A program made the translations under genes and the position numbers. Shown in pieces: positions 1 through 11,700 of a stretch of 47,729 nucleotides of DNA. The stretch comes from Catajapyx aquilonaris. Taxonomy: Eukaryota. The stretch is from contig JYFJ02002987.1 of NCBI GenBank assembly GCA_000934665.2, forward strand, positions 1 through 47,729, in the 5' to 3' direction. The notes under the pieces are model-generated. The model was not told where the DNA came from, did not search any database, and saw nothing but the letters and a program-made list of their open reading frames with translations. The first letter of the stretch is position 1. Each line of letters opens with the position of its first letter.

Positions 1-894
1 TTCTCATGAGTTTTATTAGTTCATATGTTGGGTTAGCTTGCGTCTCCCTTCATCGCTGACTACCCCTCATAGGGAAATGTCGTGATGTTGTTGTTATTGT
101 TGTAAAGCTTTTCTGTAACGCTAGGGTTTGCCTGCATGCCCCCGCCATGGGCTCCCTGGCGGGGGGCCCTGGCAGGGCCCTGCTGTAACGCTTTTCTGTA
201 ACGCTCGAGTTTGCCTGCATGCCCCCTGATCCAATTTTAAAGACGTATCCATGTCAAAACAGTGTACACCACTTCCTGGAACCGGGCCAGTTCCACCTGG
301 TTCCAGGCTGGTTCCACAAGGGCCCTGTACACCGGTTCCACTAAGTGGTTATCCCCTCGGTGAATAGTGCATGGTTTAAATATAATAATTCTTAACAATA
401 TGTAACAATAACAATTTTTGCTTTGCAGCTCTTTGCAGACGAAAAGCTAAAGGAGCAGAAGTGGGTGAAGAAGCTATTCCAGCTGCGTCAAAAAGCATTG
501 AACGGTGACCCCATTGGATAGGATCATCGCTACATTTGTGTACCTGTGAATGCAATGATGTGTGTGTGTATTTGTAGCAATAATAAACATACGTCATTCT
601 TTTACTACCATGTGTTTAAACAGGAAGCAATTGCTGTGCACAGCTAACCTTTTGACCGCAGGCTATTTAGAAAAAGTGGGTGCATTGTACCCGATTGTAC
701 CAGTGATGAGGCACTACAGGGTAACCGTAAAGTCTCCACCGGCCTTATACAGTCACTTATGTTTCTTAGGGCCACCCTGCACTACATTGATGACGGTTCA
801 CGAGGGAATCCCGGCAGCATAAAACATGCGTGCACAACATTATTACCATGCCAATCCCACCAACAATATTACAGTAGTGTTGATGTTGACAGTA

Positions 895-904
895 GTGACG
901 TCAC
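895..904. promoter_or_regulatory. CRE/ATF palindrome GTGACGTCAC in the GC-rich ITM2 promoter region
   Basis: Perfect TGACGTCA at 896-903, about 220 bp upstream of the ATG at the start of a CpG-rich patch. Confidence 0.45.
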
Positions 905-1123
905 GCGAGCGACCCGCCCGCTCCCTCGGCCACCCCCTTCGACCGCAGCGCCTCCCGTCCTGCTGCTCCATACACCCACCCAGGCCAGTCTCTCTCCTGC
1001 TTGCCTATCAGTTGTGATCCCAGGGACCCCTCCATTTGCCACAGACTTGCCGCTGATCTGTCTAGTCCGAAGGGGGTCCACAGGAAGGGGAACTAGAGAA
1101 GGAGTGGAAGTGCATCAGTCAGG

Positions 1124-4100
1124 ATGACGATCGTGACCAAGCCCGTGAGCGAGAAGAAGGCGGCCCAGAAGGGACCAGTGGTGGCAGGGGACGTCCTGGT
1201 GGACCTCAACAGCGGGAGGGGCGGCCCGCAGGAGCCGCTCGTGCAGAATGAGCTCAACGAGAACATGGTGAATACACACATCATATTGTTCGAAAAACCC
1301 TTGCTGCAATCGTATGTAAACAGTTGGGAGATTAGTCCGACCTTAACGGGCAGCATTTTATTATCGGGTGTAACGGTACGATGTATGACCTGGTAATGGA
1401 CAGTTCACACACCCTCGCAGTTGTTGTTGTTTTTTTTTTACATATAGGATGAGGTGTGGCAACACTGCGGGTTTTCTGATCGATCTTTCTGTACAGTTTC
1501 GGGTTGGCTTGGATTGGTTGGGGCTCCAGATGCGGTGTTGCCAGATTGGGATGTTTAAATGGGGTGGGGGCTAAGGGGGCAACCCCGGAAAATTCGTGAC
1601 ATGAATGTGACCTGAGGGCATGACGATGTTGGTGACAAGATGACAGGAAGTGATACACTAGAGTGATAACTGTTTTCACGCACTGATGTTTTGCACGGCG
1701 CAAAGTGGCCGGTTGTATCGTGTCATGAATTTTATGTTCAAAGAGCAAGGGCAGTTATGTAGGGTGCATTGTGAAAAATGTTATGTAACTGTGGTTGTCA
1801 ACAGGAAGTCGGTATTGGATTAAGGGGGGAAACATTTTTAACAAAAGATGGAAAGGCTTTTCCGTGGCTTCGTTCTCAGGAATAGAATTAACGGGGGTAG
1901 GGAAATTGAATAACCAAATCCTTTTACAATTGCGCGGAGACATGAGCAGTCCCAATCATGCGGATCACAGGTTCAGTACCTGGCGCAGTGGGGGAATTTG
2001 TTTGGCTTTACCCCAGCGACTTACAGGAAAATTCTGGGGCAGTTATCTTGCCACAATGACCACAGCTGCTTCCTTCCATATCCAGCTGCCTTGTGTTGTC
2101 AAATAAAACTGCCAGCAATGAGTAAGTGAAAAAGACCTTCCACTTACTCTTGCCAAATAAAGGTCACAGGAGTTCACATGTGTGATAGCCGAGATGATAG
2201 CAGTAGTGCGCATTTGCTGACATTACCATTTAAAAAAAGGACTAAACACCATTCATAACAAGATGATAAATGCAATGAAAGTGTGCTTTCATGTTACATG
2301 GTAAAAATGTAGGTTGCATTCAAGTTAGGGCAAGATTATTTTAATTTGCGTGATGTAACTGTTACCTGTAGAGAAGCAATTTCTCCAATTCACTGGCCTG
2401 GATAGAATTACGTGTGGGGAAACTTTTTTTAGACTGTGGGAAGATTAATGTAGCATTTTCAAGTCAGCGAACCTGAGGCTCCCGGTTTGTGCCCAAAAAT
2501 TGTGTTGCTAAAATACTATAATTATCTGCTGTGAATCTGATCATGTGTCATATTAGTATGTGAGAAGTTTGCATTAGTTATGATTTCAATATGAATGTGT
2601 CCCAACATGAAAGGACTACTGCTTACGATATTTGGCTAATAGTATGTTAGTAACTAGGTATGAGTTTATATCCTCACTGGACCATTACACTCCCTACATG
2701 TGCCAACAACAATAGAAATCATGAAATGTCACTTGCAAAGTGACAATACAACCCACTTTTGGGAGGCTTCAGCAGGAAAGACATATACAAAATACATGAT
2801 CTGAAAAGAATGGGGCGATTCGTGGGAAATGCCACAGATGAGCAAGGCCACTCCAGACTTCTTCTAACACGCAGCATTTTGCTTAGGTTATCACGTCAAT
2901 GTAGAAGACGAAATATTTTATAACAATTTAAAAATTAAAAAAAATTATTATAATCAATATTATAATATATGTTATATGTTATAATAAAATTTGCGATACT
3001 TGAATGATGTAAATGTTTGAATGATAGAAATTATAGTTTGGGTTACATGCCTAAGCAAAATGATGTGGGTTTTAGAAGAAGTCTTGAGTGCAAGTGACTC
3101 AACATGAAATGCTTACAGATATCTGGCCAGCAGTTAGCATCTTCATTGTTTTAAGTGGGAAGTAACCGCTACAATTCCTGCACCCTTAGAGTACAGTAGT
3201 ACATTATTCACTCTACCGAAGCAGTAGTGGTGTAGTGGTATGGTGTCCGACTGCTAATCGGGAGGTCCCGGGTTCGAATCCCGGAGGCCGGCGACCCTGA
3301 CCATGGTTTTCTGTGGTTTCCCATGGTCCTTGCAGGATAATTCCGGGGTCGTTACCGTAATATAGGCCACAGCCGCCTCCTTCCTTCCCTTTCCCTGCTT
3401 CATTCCGGTGATGAGAAAAATAGTAAAAATGGAAGAGTTCCAGACAAAAAATTGGGAGAAATCCCCCCCTAGGAAAGCCCGTAGGCTGATAATGGGGTAT
3501 AAAATTATTATTATTATTATTTTATACATTATTCACTCTAACAGATGTTTAATGAGATCAATGATTTTGCAATTCGCTAGTTACACAAGTTTAAATGGGG
3601 TGATGCAAGGGAAAGATATTATTTTGGGCATATTAATATCACTACTTCCAGTTTTAACCCTTAACTACGTAGGTGGCCGAAACACCTTTAACTACGTAGG
3701 TGGAGCCTGAGCGGCTCCAACTGTATATTTAATTATCTGCTTATCAGCTCAATTGTTATATTGGACTTTTCACATACAGAAAATGCAGTTCAGATAATTA
3801 AGCTTCCGAAAACGTAATAATCACACGCTATGTCAGCATATTCCGACAGAAAAAAATTCGTAACGAGGAACAGTCCCACCTGGAGCCGCTCAGGCTCCAC
3901 CTACGTAGTTAAGGGTGCATTGTTTTCCCTATTCAGACTCTCTCCACGGAGATAGGGGAAAAAACAGCACCTTTAACTACGTAGGTGGAGCCTGAGCGGC
4001 TCCAAGGTGGCACCTGTTCCTCGTTATGAATTTTTTTCAGCCAAAGAATGGCGACTAAAAAATTTTATTTCTTCTTTTCATGCTTAGGAAGGTTTTTGTG

Positions 4101-7100
4101 ACAAAGTCACAGAAGGACAGGGGGGGAAAAACATTTGCTTAAAAAGTTACATGCGTTTAAATAGCAGTTGGAGCCTCTCAGGCTCCACCTACGTAGTTAA
4201 GGGTTAATGAACAATTAATTGGCATCTCTAAAAATCAGTCACACACTACCATTGCTTAACATAAAATGAAGAGGATAATCTAACTTTCCTAGTGCCATCT
4301 GTCGTAATTTTAAATTGAAAACAAATTGCAAAATTGAGAATTGACATGCCAAGTAAGAACAAATTAATACGAGTAAAACCTTTTATCTGACGTTATTGAA
4401 ATCAACTTCCAGTAAGTATATTGTGGTGGTCGGAGGAGGAAAAATTCCTGGAAGGGATCCCTCATGGGTAGATAAGCCATCTATGTTTTTTAAGCATGTT
4501 TGTTCATGACCACATTCTAGGTATCTATGAGTGACTAAGTAAGCTAACTTTCATGTGAATGAACTTTGTAAAAGGTCAGTGGGTTTCACTGATAACTGCA
4601 AGGATTATTATTGAATGCTTTTTGTTCCATAATGACCATGCAACCACTTCCTTATACAAAAGTGGACTGCCAGCATTGGATAGTAAATAAAGTCACTGAA
4701 GCAGCCAGGCTCTCTGGGTGCCATCACACATTATTCCTTCTTACAGCAAATGTCTCCAGGGTGTTCATAAATGAATGGTGGGGTATTTTGTGACCTCCCA
4801 TAGCCACCTGCAGGTGCAATTACAAGCAATGTGCAAAGGCACTGGCACTGTTTTTCACACTAGGGAGGGTGCTGCATGGAGAATATACATTTGGCAATGG
4901 CGTAGAGGGTGGAACTTGTGCTGATAGGGAATCCTGGGAGATTGTATGGGCATGTGGAGGAATATCTGTGGCGTACCTGTAAGCTGATCCTGGCTATAAA
5001 AGCTGTATTAGATTTCAGGCTAGTCCACAGTCCAGGTGACGTCATATCACCTGTCTGAACCATTTCCTTGCGGAATATTGGCAATGTCACCTTCACTTCT
5101 CTTACAGTACATATTGCTGGAGGTTCAGAATACTGCATTCAGATAATGTTGAGATGGTTGGTACCCATTGTTTACACAGAAGCGCAGACATATCATGTGA
5201 CAGGGGGGGAAACCGGCTATTTCCATGGTTGGAACTGCTCATCAATATGCTGAACCGTGCCCCAATATGCCACTCAGAAGCAAAAGGTGTATTATCAGCC
5301 ACAGCCACATGCAGTCCAGTGTATCAAAGAGATCAGTGGCACCTTTCCTTCTGTGAACCCATTACATGTTAGCAATTATTATAATAGGGCAATATGGGTG
5401 GATGACAAGTTTAATCCATTATTTCTGATGCACAAACACCTTCCGTCTTTGTGTATGGATCAAGATGAGGTGGTTTATCCCAACATCATTTCCAGCATAA
5501 CGCTTGATAGGTGTACAAGTTGTACGTTGTAAAGGCTTGTATCCTTCTTGTTACGGCTTTTGTGTAACCAGTTGATCCTGTAGTGATTTAATAACTTTTA
5601 TGTCTCTGGCATGGTACTACAGAAGTTTAGTCATAAGATATTTTAATTTTTTTTTTTTTTTTTTTGTTATTTTTTTTTTTTACATTACCCCACAGGGGGA
5701 GCTACCTACTCCTTAGGGGGGGTGGAATTACCACCATCGGGATTTGTTTGGAGTGAATTAAGAAGGATCTTATTAGTGTACTCCAAGGGTAGGTGGGAGG
5801 GGATGTGCAAAGTGCAAGTGCGCTGTCGTTAATTGGTCATTTTGTGAACTCCCCCAGGTGGCTTAGTCTGTCGGAAATTGCCACCCGAAATGAAGCCAGA
5901 GATGGCCCAACTCTGCACGGATAAAGGTGGGAACCCCGGGTGGGGATTGAACCCGGGACCTTCATATCCGTGGGCGCACGCGTTACCGCGGCGCCACTTC
6001 ATCTCCCCAAGACATTTTAATTAAAAACCTGTCGGGGCTCGACTCCACAAGTTTTCACATACATGTTGGTGTTATGATGCAATGGAATGACATGGTAATA
6101 GCCTATTTCTCTTCATTCATGGAGTAGGCCGGCCCTAGGTGGAATACTTCAAACAAAGACTGAGTGTAACTGTACTAAATTGGACTGTTTTCTATCCCTA
6201 CAGCCAGTTGACGGTGATGTGGAGTCAACCTTGCCCCCAGAGTCAACCCGCTACTATGTGCTGCATGCTCGTGCTCGCCGCTTGTCAGCAGCCACCACCG
6301 TCTGCTTATTTGTGACAGCCCTCCTCGTGATGAGTGTGGGCATAATTGGAGGAGTCTACCTCTACCGCCAATTTGCTCGCTCGCAGATGCAGCGCTTCAG
6401 GGGATGGTGCACAATTCCCTTTGACACCCCTGTGGCTTCCTCTGCCACTGGGATGGAGCAGCTTGGGAGGGCTTCCCAAGCACATCATATCCAAACACCC
6501 TCGGATTCATTGCTGGCTGACTCTCAGCTATTTGCAGTGAGTGCTATTTTACACCGTGTTTGATGGGCTGAAGTTATCTATCATGAAGGGCATGCAACTA
6601 GATTTTTCCGGGACTGCAGAGTTTGATCTCTAAATTTTTTTGATTAAAAATAATGATAGCTAGAATTTAGTTCACATCACATTGGTGGAAATTTTGTGGT
6701 CACTCACCCCTGGGAACTGTCAAGTTTGGTATGGAATTATACTCCATCAGGAAGCCTGTAAAATGGACTTTCCAATGTTTATGTTGATCACTGCCAGACT
6801 TGAAGGTGAAGTGACAGGAACGAGAGGAAATTATTGTGAGATTTTTACTGATGCAAACGTGTGAACTAAATTCTGAAACATGGTCCTTTTTTTTCCTAGC
6901 AGTTGTCTAATGATGGATATACTGCCTGATTGATTCTTTTACATAGTAACATAGGTAGAATGCTATAGACCCATGTTTTTTATCAGTGCCTGCTTACTTG
7001 CTTAGAGAAAGACTAGAGTTCTGTATTGCAAAATGATGATAAATGTCATCTATATTGGTCTGTGTTGTTTGCATTTTAGAATCTGGCAAAGGCCCGTGAA

Positions 7101-8177
7101 GCTATGGCAGAAGAAGAGAAGCACCACGAGTTCTTCAAGGAGCAGTTTGAGATCGACATTGAGTTTGAGAAATTTGAGAAGATTGATGTACCGGACTTCA
7201 AGGGAGGGCGACGTGGGAGATTCATTCACGACTTTAGTGCTGTGAGTTTTGGTTGGAGAGCATGATGCAAGAGCACAATGTTACATGCCACTATGGTGGC
7301 CACCTTTTCCCCCATCTCCCAAAAATCAACAGCATGCAAATTAGTAGTCTACATTGATGGGAAAGGGAATGCATAATATTAGGCACAAATAATGTGCTAT
7401 GATTTGCTAAATATGATTTGTCGTAAGACTTAGGATTGGTACTGTATTACCCTGCAAATTCAAATGGGGGCTTTAGGGTCTACTTCCTGGAATGGAAGAA
7501 ACTGCACCTTACTAATAGACATTTGTGCAATGGGAAACATTAAGTAATGGGAAATTTCATTGTTCCAGAACAAAACTGGCATTGTTGATGTGGATGGAAA
7601 GCGCTGCTTCGTGATGCCATTGAACCGACGCCGTGTGCTACCTCCTCGCTCTCTCTATGATCTCATCCACAAGATGTGGTCTGGGTACTACACTGTGGAT
7701 ACCCAGGTAGTCAGGGAGACCATGCGTGTGGTTACTCCACCAGTGACCGACCCACAGATCATGGGCTTGTACATCGCCAAGGAATGCCAAGGAGTACCGG
7801 TCTACATGCTGGAGAAGGTCACCTCACCAGGTACCCGTTTATGTATATTTGCTTACAATAAGGTTCAACGAAGAGAAATTCCATGAAATAAGGTTGCAGG
7901 GACCTCAATGTGCTCATGTCACTAATGTTGCCCCTCGTATTTATGCTGAACCATTGGCTACAGAGTTTGAGAATGTCTGCATGGAAGCTGCACTTCAAAT
8001 TATGCTTGTGCATTTTAAAAAGTTTGCACCTTTCATTCCCCAGTGTTCAAGAGGAGTGTAGATGCAGTGGAAGACCCAGACTCATTCATGGAATTTGCTG
8101 GTAATGGAATCATGGAGTTCAAACTGGTCAACCTTGATGAGGTGCGGCAGCACGAGATGCGCATAATGCCAGAGTGA
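1124..8177 (+). CDS. ITM2: Integral membrane protein 2 (ITM2/BRI2 family), BRICHOS-domain type II membrane protein, ~344 aa, 5 coding exons
   Basis: Exons 1124-1267, 6204-6536, 7080-7241, 7569-7830, 8044-8177, all GT-AG with compatible phases. TM helix TVCLFVTALLVMSVGIIGGVYLY; BRICHOS motifs FEKIDVPDF..GRFIHDF, TGIVDVDGKRCFVMPL and KECQGVPVYML; dibasic KR site before a C-terminal peptide. Paralogue identity (A/B/C) is not assignable. Confidence 0.92.
3216..3524 (+). mobile_element. tRNA-derived SINE in ITM2 intron 1
   Basis: Pol III A box TGGTGTAGTGG (3228-3238), B box GGTTCGAATCC (3271-3281), (ATT)n tail and perfect 16-bp TSD TACATTATTCACTCTA (3200-3215 and 3525-3540). Confidence 0.9.
3658..4203. 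mobile_element. Non-autonomous piggyBac-like element (MITE) with five copies of the terminal motif
   Basis: TTAA on both sides (3654-3657, 4204-4207), CCC...GGG ends and 19-bp TIR CCCTTAACTACGTAGGTGG / CCACCTACGTAGTTAAGGG; no coding capacity. Confidence 0.85.
5649..6008 (-). mobile_element. Second, unrelated tRNA-derived SINE with poly(A) tail in ITM2 intron 1
   Basis: On the minus strand: A-box-like TGGCGCCGCGG, B box GGTTCAATCCC and poly(A) tail (T run at ~5649-5681). 14-bp TSD with one mismatch: AAGATATTTTAATT (5635-5648) / AAGACATTTTAATT (6009-6022). Confidence 0.85.
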
Positions 8178-8750
8178 GAAGCCATTCCAATCAAGAACAA
8201 AAAACAAACTACAGACTCTTTATCATGGCAGTTTGTTTCTAATATTAATTGCCTCCATCACTGTTACTTTGATCCCACCCACCAATGTTTTAGAGTGCAA
8301 ATAATATTCAGTTTCCCATCCCAGAGAGATAGTCACTTTATCTACAAGAGGAAGAAAGAAAAAAAATGAGGAGGGGAATACATGTGAATCATTTTAATTT
8401 CATTTTAGACTCCTTATACCGGTGATGAATGTTTGTCGGCCAGTAGGGGTGAGATTGACATGATGCATGCGTAGGAGTGGGTGAGAATGAACAAATGCTG
8501 ATGAATGCCTGGAGCTTGACAAGAGGGGGATTTTTAGGCATAGGAAAATACATTGCCCACCTCCCTTCTTCGCAGTGCTTGTGGACCACATTTTCTTTGG
8601 GGATTAGGTACGGAAAACAAGTACAATGTATGCCACTTGAACAAAAAAATGTGAGGTATTATTAGTCTCCCCATTTTCCCATGTACATGTTTCATCTGTT
8701 GATAAATAAATGAGACGGGGAAAAAGTAACGTTGCTGTTTACTTGTCACC

Positions 8751-11700
8751 TCACCGGCGAAATTTGTGCGACTTCCTTGGTGATTTCGATCTTGGTCGCT
8801 TGGACTTGCGTTTTTTTGACTTGGTACCCTTCTCCTGAATTAAATCATCATCATTGTTGCGAGGCCACTCTGGAGACTCAGACCATCGCCATTCTGATTC
8901 TTCTCGTCTGCTCCTAAAAGTGAGAATAAAACTTAGTATTTCTTGATACGTACACATCAGCAGGTATTCTAGATTCGTGAGTAACCTGGGTGTCCTCCTG
9001 GTTGACCTCTCACGTGATTTGGACCTAGACCTCCGCCTTGATGACCTTTCTCTTGACCTAGACCTCCGAGAAGACCTCTCCCGTGATCTTGATCGTCGCC
9101 TGGACCTTACACTCCTATCAGCATCAGTTTGTGAATACTCATTCCTTGGATTGCGAAACACGTGTAGGAAGTTGCAGCTCCGCCCCTTTGGGCATCGCTT
9201 TCGGAAGAACAAACCTGCCAAAGTGGTAATAATGCAAGTAGATGGGAGATTGATAGTTGAATGTATTTTCATTATCCCCCTAACATGAATTAACCCAAGT
9301 GAAGCATCTCAAACTCAATTCAAGCAAGGTTGACATGCAATGGTACTTGACAATATATTCAATGATTTTAGGAAAGTAATCTTTGCATAATGATTATTTC
9401 ACCCATTGACACAATTCAGCACCATGCAAGATCGACTGCACCATATTAATCCTTTCAACTAACCACAGATAGCTGCCTTCCAGCTGAACAACTGCACAAA
9501 CTGCACAGAGAGCTGCCTGCCTGCATACCACCTCCCATTGAAGGCACGGAAGGCTTCTACTGCTTCCCTCTCAGTCTCATATTCAACATAGACATTTCCT
9601 CGCAAGTGAGGCTCTGCATTGCAGCACACTCGGAACTGTGTGATGCGGCCAGCATTGCGGAATTCAGATACGGTGTCCTCATAGAATTCTCTGAAAGATT
9701 GAAGATTTATGACATCTGCTACTACTCACATAGCAGAGTTAGGCAGAGACATCAAGTATTTCAGGACTGGATCCATGTATTCCAGATTGGAAATCCATCA
9801 CTGGAAGTCATTTGGCCATTATTGACAGTCTGTCTTCACCTTTTATGACCCCAATGCTACTCGAAATGTGTGCTACCTACCTAACACAATATAGCAGTGA
9901 TATATCCAAAGTGCAATAGACTCTAATAGCAATATCATTGGTACATATTTTTTTGTAACCACCTGCACATAAGAGAAAAAATTACCATGCAATAGTGCCA
10001 CTACAATCAAGACATTTTTGACCAATTGCAAGATACAACCAATTAATTTTTCTCATCAAGATTCAAACAGTCTGCGGGGATCCACAGTCTTGTTCAAGCT
10101 GCAACATGATTTATCATGTGGGAAATAAAAGAGCACGTAGGCCAAGGTTAGTCTATAACACTTTCTCTCAATGAAGGCAGACTGAATGAGATGCGTCCAC
10201 TGCTATGTAAAAGTTGAGGTTGGCAATACAGGAGCCACTAGGTACAGCGATTTAGAAAGCAAGTCGTAAATGATGACACAAATGGCTCCCCAATAATCAC
10301 TAACATGGAAACAATGATGTAAAAAGAAATTACAAACTTAGCACCCAAAGGAATTTTAGCACAAAAAATGTAACCGCAATCCTTCAACTCCCTCGCAAGA
10401 AGGTCCCCATGAATCATCAGTGAAGCATGAATGTTTGTGGGCAATTCCCCAAAATGCTTACAGAAAGTGTTGATAAGTCTCTGAATCCTCATATTCCAGC
10501 CCAGCATCACAATCATGGTCAACTCTTGACATGTGATCCATTGAGAAGTGAGTGTAAAAGTTTGGAATCAGGAGGCATCGACTCACAATAGGGCGGGGGT
10601 GATTCCTATAAACACAAAGAGAAGTGACAAAAGTGTCTCTCAATAATTAATTAGTGTTTACAAACACTAACCTAGAGCAATTGTCCCTGAATCGACAGGC
10701 ACCAGTCTTTTTGAAGAAGGGACATGTCTCCCGGTTTGGGTCCACATCATACAGCAATCCATTCGGTGGAGGGACATCTGTATCCTGGCAATATTTAATT
10801 AGCATTAACTTTGGCGCATCACCATCAAAATAATTGATACTCACTCCAGAGAGGAAGTCTAGAAGCTGTGTCAGTGAAGCCTCCTGCCAAATGGAAACAT
10901 GGTGGTAACGCGGTCAAAGTGTCAGAAACACTGAATCTGGGAAACAACGGCTCAGGAAAAATGCACTTGATGCACGAAAACTATTTGCAAGAAGCAAACA
11001 GTTCTCGCAATACCTCACTATATTTAAAAATTTGTCTAAACACTTGGAAAAGGTTACAATTGGTCCCATTCCAGCCTTCCAGGCTTGGACTCTCCAGGCA
11101 GCAGTACACTTCAGTTAAGGATTTCACGGAATGAAATATGTACCCCAATAATGTAAAAAATAAATAATTAATTAATTCAACAATCCACATGACAAAGGGA
11201 TATGTGACTCCTGAGCATGATCTCTCCCAATCTATGATCACCTGCTTCTCGCGTATCTCTCTTTCCTTCTTCTCCCTTGCTTCCTTCTCTTCCTTCTCTT
11301 TCTTCTGACGCCATTCCCATTCCTCTCGAATCTTGCGCTTAAAAATAAAATGCATGGTTACATTCTTAATATCCTGGTTTCACGGACATGTCTGCCAGAC
11401 CAGATGATAAAAGCGGGGTGTGACAACCTGTCCTCTCCTGAATTACTTTTTGAGCAGTGACACATCAGGAAATTCCAACTCGCCTAGTGGAAAATAGGCA
11501 TTGCCTGCAGCTTCAAAGCTGTGGACTTGAGGAGTAAGCCAAGCAAGACACATCGGTGACCACAATAAGGAACGAAACAGGACAAGACATAATTGTCAAC
11601 CTTCAATTTTCCACACTTCCCAGCCACATTTATCAACTGCACAATGCCGGTTTAAGCAGGTGTAGTTTGGTACCACAATGTGTGGCTTTCCAGTTCAGTT

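Noticed and set aside
108..340. Short direct repeats (CTTTTCTGTAACGCT..GTTTGCCTGCATGCCCCC x2; GGTTCCA x4)
   Set aside because: Probably a fragment of a repeat cut by the window edge; no termini or function can be assigned
3221..3292. Possible tRNA gene with GCT anticodon
   Set aside because: Acceptor stem does not pair, there is no long Ser variable arm, and it is the head of a TSD-flanked SINE
3658..4203. CRISPR-like repeated ~35-bp motif
   Set aside because: Copies are in both orientations with irregular spacing, in a eukaryotic intron with no cas genes; explained as transposon ends
4860..5532. Cluster of overlapping short ORFs in ITM2 intron 1
   Set aside because: No recognisable domain or consistent splice pattern in any frame
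5539..5547. U12-type donor-like GTATCCTTC near a minor-spliceosome gene (also ATATCCTTT at ~39118)
   Set aside because: Neither lies at an exon boundary on the right strand; all modelled introns look like U2-type GT-AG
8977..9288. Antisense ORF rich in LDLDL, and similar antisense ORFs over the lectin, Atg4 and PPM1L exons
   Set aside because: Shadow frames of real coding exons (the RS-repeat complement)
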